Shown piece after piece: positions 54,285-64,000 of a DNA stretch of 64,000 bases. The stretch lies in NCBI RefSeq assembly GCF_009914755.1, contig NC_060939.1; one strand, given 5' to 3'. The translations under genes and the position numbers were made by a program. The notes beneath the pieces are model-generated. The model did not search any database and was not told the DNA's origin. It saw nothing but the letters and a program-made list of their open reading frames with translations. Position 1 is the stretch's first letter. Every line of letters begins with the position of its first letter. The DNA is from the human T2T-CHM13v2.0 reference genome, Homo sapiens.

Positions 54285-55096
54285 TGTATGTATGAACACT
54301 TATCAGATTTTACCTGATGTTGTCATTTACCAGCTTCAGGGATATAGAAACTACCTCCTTTGATGTTCCTTTATGTTCTTCTGTTCATAATATACTTGCC
54401 TTAAATATTTCATTTACTTACATTGATAACCACATATGACAATGTTATAATTTTTGGTTGAACCTTCAGACATAATTTAGCAAAGTCAAGAGGTGAGGGA
54501 AAAGTCTATTGTATTTATGCGTTGGTGTGCTTGTCATCTCCTCCTTCCAGAAGTTCCAGGGTTTTCTTCTTTGATGGTTGCCATTCTGCTTAGAGAACTT
54601 CCATTAGCCTTTCTTTTGGTGTGGGTCTTCTGGTGACAAATTCTGTTTCACTTCCTCTGAGAATGTTTTGCTTTCCTTTTCATTCCTGAAGGACATTTTT
54701 GCTGGATATAAGAATTCTGGGTTAATGGTTCTTTTCATCGCTTGAAAAATATTTTGTACTTTCAGCTGGGCTCCATGGTTTCTGATGAGAAATTCGCTGT
54801 CATTTGACTTGTTAATCCACGATAGTTAAGGCACTGTTTTTGTTTAGTGGCTTTTGAAATGTTTTGTCTTTTGTTTTTTGGAGTTTGATTATTATATGTC
54901 TTAGTTTGGATTTCTTTGGGTTCATCCTGTTTAGGGTTTGCTTACCTTAGATCTGTAGATTTATGTCTCTTGCCAAATTTGGGAACTTGTAAGCCATCAC
55001 TTCATAGAGTACAGTTTCAGCCCCACCTTCTTTCTCCTGTCCCTTCGTGAGTTCAGTGACCGGAGTTGTTATAGTCCCATAGGTCCCCGAGACTGT

Positions 55097-55210
55097 TTTT
55101 TTGTTTGTTTGTTTGTTTTGCGGGTACATTGCTTTCTTTCTCCCTTCCCGTCCCGTCCTATCCCATCCCGTCCTGTCCTATCCCGTCCCATCCCGTCCCT
55201 TCCCGTCTTC
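55097..55210. repeat. Compound (TTTG)n / (TCCCG,TCCTR)n simple repeat at an Alu tail
   Basis: Pentamer array such as TCCCGTCCCGTCCTATCCCATCCCG. Confidence 0.8.
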
Positions 55211-55977
55211 GGAGTCTCTGCCTGTTTCCCAGGCTGGAGTGCAGTGCACGTTCTCAGCTCACTGCAACTGCCGCCTCCCTAGTTCGAATGATTCTCCTGT
55301 CTGAGCCTCTCGAGTAGCTGGGATTATAGGTACCCGCCACCATGCCCAGCTCAGTTTTATATTTTTAATAGAGATGAGGTTTCACCATGTTGGCCAGGGT
55401 GGTCTCAAAGTCCTAACCTTGTGATCTGCCTGCCTCGGCCTCCCAAAGTGCTGGGATTACAGGTGTGAGCCACCATGCCCAGCCTATTATTTGGCAGTCT
55501 TTAAACTAATGATAATAGGGGTCTTCTGCCTTTAGAAGAATTAGAACTGTGATTTAATTTGCAAATGAAAGTAGGTGTTCTCCAGAGTGGATTAAAATAA
55601 AGGTTTTGGTTTTAGATTTCAAGGCCAGCTTGAGATGCTGTGCTGGGTTCCCACAGAGGTGGTTCTGCCTTTCTCCAGGGGTCCTAGGCTTGTAGAGTGG
55701 TTTGGTCATGTTAGTAATCTGTGTGGATTCAACTTACCTATGGTATCATAAATGTATACATGCACAGTCAATGTTGTGTACATGTATACAGCAGATTTAG
55801 AGATTTATACAGTTTATATGCTGCATAAATATATAGACGTATAGTATAACTGTATCATCAACATTGTCATTTGATGGGTCAAGTGAGTCAATACCAAAAT
55901 ATAAAGCGTGGGTAAAAAACTGTGTTACTTTAGTTTTTCCCACCAGTTCTGAATTTTTGTTTACTTTTCCTTTCTAG

Positions 55978-56153
55978 CTTTTGTGTGGTCCTCTGAGCCC
56001 CAGTGAGAGTTTCCTGAGGTACCTCACCCTTCCACAAGACAACAGGCTTGCCATTGATCTGCAACAAACGGCGGTTGTTGTCATGGCCCATTTAGACCGT
56101 CTGGCTACACCCTGTAGATGCCTCCTCTGTGTAGCTCTCCGACGTCTCATAAG
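55978..56153 (+). pseudogene. HERC2 exon ~10 with 2-nt insertion (56116-56117)
   Basis: tttctag|CTT TTG TGT GGT ... CCC TGT ag ATG CCT CCT ... CAT AAG|gtgtgt; translates [46 protein letters not shown] / [12 protein letters not shown]. Confidence 0.92.
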
Positions 56154-57230
56154 GTGTGTGCAAGAACCGTGTTCTCCATGTGTTTTGTAGCTAGTACCAC
56201 TTGTAGGTTCTCATCCTGGGCCCGTGTGGAGACTTGTTTTTTCTGGTATTGGTAGGGGGAGCTGGCCTGTGGTTTTTAAACGTGTTTGCAGTTGAAGGTG
56301 TTATCCGTGTTGAGAGTGAGTGATGAGCAAGCTGAGGCGCACAGGCCTGGCGACCCAACCTGGGGGCCCGGGTTCCAGGTTCAGGTGGCACAGCCCCAGA
56401 GAGCTCCCCTTTATCCACAGCCCCAGGCCCTCCCACCTTCTGCAGGGGGTTCCACAGCCTTCTTCATACTCTGAACGCAGGCTGTCTTAGTATGTCATGC
56501 TGGTTATAGTAGTGACAGTATAATTATGTATTATATCTCTTATGTAATAGTAATGGTAGTGATTTGCATGTGTGGAGCACCTGTAGGGTGCAGGCCCGCT
56601 GAGGACCTCATGCACGCTGTTGTATCTCATTATGTCAATGAGAAAACTGCCTTTGGGAATGGTAGTGAACTTTGCCAGTGCAGAACAGTAATCCTAGTTT
56701 TGAATCCAGATTTTTCTAACATTTTATTTCTAGTATAAAGAGTATTTATTTTGTTTTACAGTCATTAAAAAAAAAAATACAGTCACATGGTTCAAAAATC
56801 AAACCTAGGCAGAGACACACTGTCGCTTCCCCTGCCCACCCCTTCCACCCATTTTCCCACCTGCTCCCTCTGACTTTCCAGTCTCCTCTGTAACCTCCTT
56901 GTTCTCTGGCATGAGTACGTTCGTGGTAGCATGCTTCATTACTTGTGTTGCTTGTTTTTTGTTTTTTTTTTTTAACTAACCATATATACTGGAGTACCTT
57001 ATCAGAGTGTCCCTCTTTGTTTTTATAAATCAGCTTAGTCTTCAGTGTGTGGATGTGTCTTTTATCTATCTTTCTTTAGTGAGTCTCTTATTGGTGGACA
57101 CTTGGGCTTATTGCCACAATGTTGCTATACAAATAGTGCTGAGGGTCGGGTGTAGTGGCTCACGCCTGTAATCCCAGCACTTTGGGAGGTCGAGGTGGGT
57201 GGATCACCTGAGGTTGGGAGTTTGAGATCA

Positions 57231-57425
<195 letters not shown>

Positions 57426-59348
57426 TCAAACAACAACAACAGAAAACACAAATAGTACTGCAAGGCCTGGCCTGGAACACGTGTCCTCCATGTGTGCACG
57501 CGTGTGTGCCTGTGCACATGCACAGGTGGGGATGGACCTCGTGTGGGCTGGTTGTCACCAGATTGCTCCTGTACATCTTGATTTCTCTCACCACCAATAG
57601 GGATGCTGGTCTCCCAGCCTTGTGTGTGGGCTTTTGGGATTTTGCCTGCTAAAGCACAAAGTGGTGACCCCGATATAGTTTGAGCATTTTAAAATATATT
57701 AGTATTTAAGGGCCATTTATACTACTTTTTAATGGGCTCTGTTGAAATGCAATGGAAATGGAAAAATAGCCTGTTCAGTTGCTTCATCATACCTGTTAAA
57801 TGCAGTAATATGGCATGGTACGAGATGGGGTTTCACTGTGTTAGCCAGGATGGTCTCGATCTCCTGACTTCATGATCTGCCCGCCTCGGCCTCCCAAAGT
57901 GCTGGGATTATAGGCATGAGCCACCGCGCCCGGCTGATTGGATTATTTTAAAGCATAACTCTGTCTTTAAAACATTTTAAGGTATTTTACCTCTTAATGA
58001 TAAGGATTTTAAAAAAACCCTACAATATCATTATCCTGTCTATAAGATTAACAGTGATTCCTTAATCTAACATGCAGTCCATGTTACATTTTCCTGGACT
58101 ATCTCAAAAATGCCTTTTTTAGGTGGTAATTTTGAATTAAGACCTGAGCATGTTCTGCGTATTGGCATTGCTTGACATATGCTTCTAGTCTCTTTCCCCA
58201 AACAACATGGCTCCAGGCCCTCTTCTCCCTGTCTCTGATCATACCGTTTTCTTTTTCAAAGAAGCAGGTTGGTTATTTTGGAGAACTTCACATTTTCTGA
58301 ACTTGGTTGATTGCATTCTCTTATTCTAGACCAACATGTTCTTCTGTTAGTTACATTAATCTGCTGGTTAGATCTAGAGGTTTGGTTGGATTTGAATTCA
58401 GTCTCGTTGGGGCGGTGTTATGTCTGGGGTCATGCTGCATGCTTTCTGTTGGCTCAGGAGGCCTGTAATGCTCGGTGGCTCCCCGCTTTAGTTCTGTGAA
58501 GCTAGACCAGGGAATTCATGTGTTGCGTATCCTCTATAAAATCCCCTACCAACCTTGCCCTCTGCTGTCTGGTTAGCAGGAGGTACAATTTGTACAGCAA
58601 GGACATAATCTAAGCTTGACTTCTTGAACTGCCACCTCCCTTTAACTATTTTTCATAATATTGAGTTGGTATCCTAGCACTTGCATAGGTGACCACCACT
58701 CAGGTTTTCTTTTTTTTGAGTATTTTTATGAACTAACAGACTTTTATTGATTTGGTGTTTCTTTTCTTTTTTAGCTTTTTCCCCCTTTAATGTGTAAATA
58801 TATACATTTAAAGGCATAAATGCCCTCAAGCATGCATTTAGTTGTATGTCACCAATTTCGATCTGCAGTATTTTGATTATTAACTGAACACATTTTCTAA
58901 TTTTCATAGTCATTTTTTCTTAGAATTTTGGGTTACTTATAAGTGTATCTTGTAATTTTCAAATATGTGGATGAATATTTTTATTTTCTGTGTATACAGA
59001 GTCATTTTTATTTTATTTTGAATGAATTTTTGAAAACCTATTTGTAATTTAACTGCATTGTAGTCAGCACACATGCTCTGTAAGTTTATTTCTTTGAAAT
59101 CTGTTGAGATTTACTCTATGGCCTGGCATGGCCCGATTTGGTATTCATGCTGCCTAGACTTTTTTTTTAAAGCATTCTATATTTAACAGAATTTGTATGT
59201 GTGGTATTAGTTTCAGAGCTAGGTATGTATTTCTCCCATTGTGATTGTGGATTTGTTTATTTCTGCTTGTAGTTCTTTCACACAGTTTGTTCTTTTCATT
59301 TTACCTGTTGATTGATCAATGGACTGATTCTGGTTTCTGTATATACAG

Positions 59349-59519
59349 AGTCATTTTTTACAGGTCAGAACTGTAGAAATAATGAGAAAGTGACACTTGT
59401 ACGCATAGCTGATTTGGAGAACCATAATAACGATGGAGGCTTCTGGACTGTGATTGACGGGAAAGTGTATGATATAAAGGACTTCCAGACACAGTCGTTA
59501 ACAGAAAATAGTATTCTTG
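59349..59519 (+). pseudogene. HERC2 exon ~24 (start of cytochrome b5-like domain)
   Basis: atatacag|AG TCA TTT ... ATT CTT G|gtaag; translates ESFFTGQNCRNNEKVTLVRIADLENHNNDGGFWTVIDGKVYDIKDFQTQSLTENSIL (contains the W-x-V-I-D-G-K-V-Y-D cyt-b5 motif). Confidence 0.95.
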
Positions 59520-59903
59520 GTAAGATTACACTTGTTATTTCCTGGTTAAAAGTTACAGCCTGTATCATTTTAAGCAGAGTATTTGGCTTATAAATGATTC
59601 CTTTAGTTTTGTGCCAGCCCCCGCATATTTTAATGTATCTGTGGCTTTGGTGTCTGTCTTATCAACAAATTCAGCACATTCGAAGAATTTCCTTTCATTA
59701 TGTATCTTTTGTTTTAATACTTGGAACTCATTTCAAGTTCCGAGTTGGCCCAGGCAACCCTGGGAGACAGTGGGAGGTCATTATATTCTGGTAACCCTCA
59801 CTTTTGAGTTAAGAGCCTAACTTATTTCCTACTCACTATTTCTCCTGTAGCTCTTCAGGCAAGCTGAATTGAACTCATGTTGCTTTTTCCCTTTTTGTTT
59901 CAG

Positions 59904-60007
59904 CTCAGTTTGCAGGGGAAGACCCAGTGGTAGCTTTGGAAGCTGCTTTGCAGTTTGAAGACACCCGGGAATCCATGCACGCATTTTGTGTTGGCCAGTA
60001 TTTGGAG
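59904..60007 (+). pseudogene. HERC2 exon ~25; internal ATG at 59975
   Basis: tttcag|CT CAG TTT GCA ... TTG GAG|gtgagg; translates AQFAGEDPVVALEAALQFEDTRESMHAFCVGQYLE. Confidence 0.93.
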
Positions 60008-60301
60008 GTGAGGCTGTATGCCTTGAGTGATGCAGAGGATGGCAGGGGATACCCTCTGTGTGTTTGTGATAGGAATATTTGGATCTAGAAGTACTGATAT
60101 CTGGGTCTTTTGTGGGTTTATGTGGTATCTGCTGTTACTTGGGCACAGCAGCATCAACTCATTACAGGATGGAGGGGCAGAATGCCCAGAGCACCCCTGG
60201 GCTCACGTGCGGTTACAGCTGCAGGACAGAGCTGTCCTTTTGGTTTTATGTTTTTAATTAATTCTGTTTCCTCAGATTGATGATGAAATTTATTTTTCCA
60301 G

Positions 60302-60452
60302 CCTGACCAAGAAATCGTCACCATACCAGATCTGGGGAGTCTCTCTTCACCTCTGATAGACACAGAGAGGAATCTGGGCCTGCTTCTCGGATTACACGCT
60401 TCCTATTTGGCAATGAGCACACCGCTGTCTCCTGTCGAGATTGAATGTGCCA
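60302..60452 (+). pseudogene. HERC2 exon ~26
   Basis: tttccag|CCT GAC CAA ... TGT GCC A|gtaag; translates PDQEIVTIPDLGSLSSPLIDTERNLGLLLGLHASYLAMSTPLSPVEIECA. Confidence 0.93.
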
Positions 60453-60766
60453 GTAAGAAAATCTTTGCTTTTTGCTGATCAGCAGATTATTTTTTTTTGA
60501 ACTGTAAGTGCCATTAAGAGTGGGAGAGGGCCAGGCACAGTGGTTCATGCCTGTAATCCCAGCAGTTTGGGAGGTTGTGGCACGTGGATTGCTTGAGGTC
60601 AAGAGTTTGAGACCAGCCTGGGCAACATGGCAAAACCCCATCTCTACAAAAAACACAAAAATTAGCCAGGCATGTTGGCACGTATTTGTAGTCCCAGATA
60701 CTCAGGAGGCTGAGGTAGGAGGATTGCTTGAGCCTGGGAGGTTGAGGCTGCAGTGAGTCATGATCA

Positions 60767-61184
<418 letters not shown>

Positions 61185-61590
61185 TCAGGTAGAAACAGCT
61201 GTGAGTGGTTGTCATTTGCCCTCATGGTCTGTTGCTGCAGAGGAAGCTAAAAAGTGTGCAGGAATGTCTACCCGTCTGCCCTTGGTGGTCTCACGTATTG
61301 CAGCCTCTGCCTGATGGGCCCAGCATGGCTTTTGTCTCCCTGCATGCCCAGAAATTGCACAGAATGTGGATCAGCTGTCCTCTCAGGGAAGAGCATACTA
61401 TTTGAGCACTGCGTTTTTACCAGACCAGGCTCAAGTCAGTTATATTTCAGGATGGCAGCCTTTGTAACCACCTAAAATAATAAGCTTCTTTCTGTCTCCT
61501 AAGATGTGTTTCCATTTTCCTTCATGTAGTTGTGCATTTCCCATCTGTCTGTCTGTCCATCCATGTGAGCAGCTTCTGTTGAGCATTTGC

Positions 61591-61714
61591 CTGGTGCCGT
61601 TACCATACGAGGTGTTCAGGATACAGTGATAGATAGGACACACCTCTGCTTTCTGGTGCCGTTACCATGCGAGGTGTTCAGGATGCAGTGATGGGTAGGA
61701 CACGCCTCTGCTTT
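61591..61714. repeat. 62-bp tandem duplication (2 copies, 5 mismatches) in an L2/MIR-like remnant
   Basis: CTGGTGCCGTTACCAT...CCTCTGCTTT at 61591-61652 and 61653-61714. Confidence 0.9.
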
Positions 61715-63198
61715 CAGCTGCTGCTTGTTGATGAGCCACCATTCTAAGCAGGTCACATTACAAGGTGGTGAATGGTGAAATGGAGATGTTCATACATGGT
61801 TCTGGGAGAAGAAAGGCTTCACATTGGCAGCAGTCCTGAAATTGCGTGAGAGAGCATTCGGGGCAGAAAACACAGGAGTGTCAAGGGCACTGCTGAGAGG
61901 AGCAGGGCTTTCCTGCTGCTTGCAGGAGTGGGTGTGGCAGAGGCTTGCAGGGAAGGAGGATCTTGGTGTCCATACAGCCCCCCGTTGGGCGGACCTTTGT
62001 GCAGTGCTAGGTGCTGGGCTGCCTGTGGTGCCCTCTGAGGTGTCTGCTTCCTTCCCTCCTCCTCAAGGTTCATTGCTTGCCAGAAGATGGGCTTTGTTTA
62101 AATTGGCAAGGAGGGCAGGGCTGGCGAGCTCCAGGGCAGAGGGTGCCATGGGCCCTGGCAGGTGGGTCCGATCCACAGGAGGATCAGAGGCTTATCTTGG
62201 AGCAGTAAGGAGGGGCTGTCCTGTGCTTAAAGAGAGGGGGCCAGAGAGAGTCGGCATTGGATTAGTGTTTCAGAAGAACGAATGTGGTGTGTTGGGGAAT
62301 GCTCCTGAGTGCTCTAAAATCTAAATGTCCAGTAAAAGAACACTAAGTGCATCCCGCTTTGATTGCTTGGATTTGGAGCAGTATTTGATAACACAGATTG
62401 TTAATAGAGATCTGTAGTGGTGCACTCCCTCAAGTTGCCATAAGCAGTTGTAATTAACATTCGCACTGGTTGATCCCATGCCTTGCACCACGCACAGGTC
62501 TCCTTTCCAGTCCATCGGCCCTCCCATCTCCAAGGATCTATCCTTCATTACAGATTGTGTGTTTCTTAAATATTTTCTCCTTTTCATTCCTTTATAAGTG
62601 CTCTAGGAATACATAGCCTACCCTGAGGATGTAATTCTTTGTAGAAACCCTTCAGATGTGCTGTTCCCTGCCTGGATACTCAGCGTCTGGGTCTTATTCC
62701 TCATCTTAGCTCAGTTGTTGCTTCCACAAGTCCCTCACTGACCCTCAGAATAGCGGTGGTCTGTCTTCCAGTCTCCCTGGTACCCCCATAGTCATCTGTT
62801 GCACAGTTTCGGACTTGAAATCCTGTGATTAATTGTGTCAGCGGTGCCCTTTGCTGCCTTCCCTGTTAGAATGTGCACCTCAGTCTTCACACGGTACCTG
62901 TGGAACCAGGCAGCTGCAGGCAGAGCACAGGTATCCAGAGAATGTTGGACTGGAACTACGATCCTGAGTTCTGATGCCATGCCTGAGGCGTGTGGAATCA
63001 CCAGAAAGTGTGTTCACGTAGATAGAGGAATTATAAGTCAACCTGTGTAAACATGTTAGGTGGAGCTCTTTCATATGAATGATGCTGAATTTCACCTTCT
63101 AAATTGAGTGTTCAGTTGAGCATCTTTTTTTTTTTTTAGTATTTATTTTGAGTTGTGCACTTGAGTTTCTCTTTCATGTTTGCGTGTGCATTTTCTAG

Positions 63199-63413
63199 AA
63201 TGGCTTCAGTCATCCATCTTCTCTGGAGGCCTGCAGACCAGCCAGATCCACTACAGCTACAACGAGGAGAAAGACGAGGACCACTGCAGCTCCCCAGGGG
63301 GCACACCTGCCAGCAAATCTCGACTCTGCTCCCACAGACGGGCCCTGGGGGACCATTCCCAGGCATTTCTGCAAGCCATTGCAGACAACAACATTCAGGA
63401 TCACAACGTGAAG
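63199..63413 (+). pseudogene. HERC2 exon ~27
   Basis: ttctag|AA TGG CTT CAG ... GTG AAG|gtgag; translates KWLQSSIFSGGLQTSQIHYSYNEEKDEDHCSSPGGTPASKSRLCSHRRALGDHSQAFLQAIADNNIQDHNVK. Confidence 0.95.
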
Positions 63414-63686
63414 GTGAGCTAGGCCTGCCCCCACTGCCACCTCAGTGCTCTGTTTATCTGAGGACTTTGACATAGGAATACTTATGTGCTCTTTGGTTAA
63501 CACAGCACAGACTTTGTTTCATGTATTATTTGGAGGGTTTTGAGGTGAGAACCTGATTGTGTTAACATGCTAGCGAGGCTTCAGAAGCATTAGTGATTGC
63601 AAGTGCGTCAGAAGCTGTGGCATGTTTAAGATTTGTGAAGACTCACTGGGTTTCCCTGAAGTTACTTCCAGCTGTTCCTGTTGCAG

Positions 63687-63819
63687 GACTTTTTGTGTCA
63701 AATAGAAAGGTACTGTAGGCAGTGCCATTTGACCACACCGATCATGTTTCCCCCCGAGCATCCCGTGGAAGAGGTCGGTCGCTTGCTGTTATGTTGCCTC
63801 TTAAAACATGAAGATTTAG
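63687..63819 (+). pseudogene. HERC2 exon ~28
   Basis: ttgcag|GAC TTT TTG ... GAT TTA G|gtaag; translates DFLCQIERYCRQCHLTTPIMFPPEHPVEEVGRLLLCCLLKHEDL. Confidence 0.93.
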
Positions 63820-63926
63820 GTAAGGAGCTCAATATCTTTGTACTTTAGCTACACTGCAGATTCCTCGACTAACCTGTGGTACGTATTCATTCCTTCACTG
63901 CCCTTCTTTTAAATGTCTTTTTACAG

Positions 63927-64000
63927 GTCATGTGGCATTATCTTTAGTTCATGCAGGTGCACTTGGTATTGAGCAAGTAAAGCACAGAACGTTGCCTAAG
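63927..64000 (+). pseudogene. HERC2 exon ~29 (cut by the window end)
   Basis: tttacag|GT CAT GTG GCA...; translates GHVALSLVHAGALGIEQVKHRTLPK. Confidence 0.9.

Overview
Human (or great-ape) genomic DNA, very rich in Alu and L1, carrying a rearranged partial duplicate of the HERC2 E3-ligase gene (a 15q11-q13 / 16p11-type duplicon). The layout best fits HERC2P2 with the inverted HERC2P7 upstream, but paralogs such as HERC2P9 or HERC2P3 cannot be excluded by eye. A CpG-island promoter at ~15.8-16.5 kb leads into plus-strand copies of HERC2 exons 1-4, ~10 and ~24-29; exons ~5-9 and ~11-23 are missing. Exon 3 has a premature TAG and exon ~10 has a 2-nt frameshift, but the frame is open from an internal Met in exon ~25 to the window end. 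Four of the missing exons (~17-20) lie inverted upstream, head-to-head with the promoter. The introns hold a SMIM30 retrocopy with an open 68-codon ORF, a tailless tRNA-Phe 5'-half retrocopy, a U2 5' fragment, an internally duplicated L1, a palindromic 34-bp tandem repeat, and several chimeric or truncated Alus that are candidate rearrangement breakpoints. HERC2 exon numbers and comparisons with parent proteins come from memory and need alignment to confirm. Repeat boundaries are approximate.
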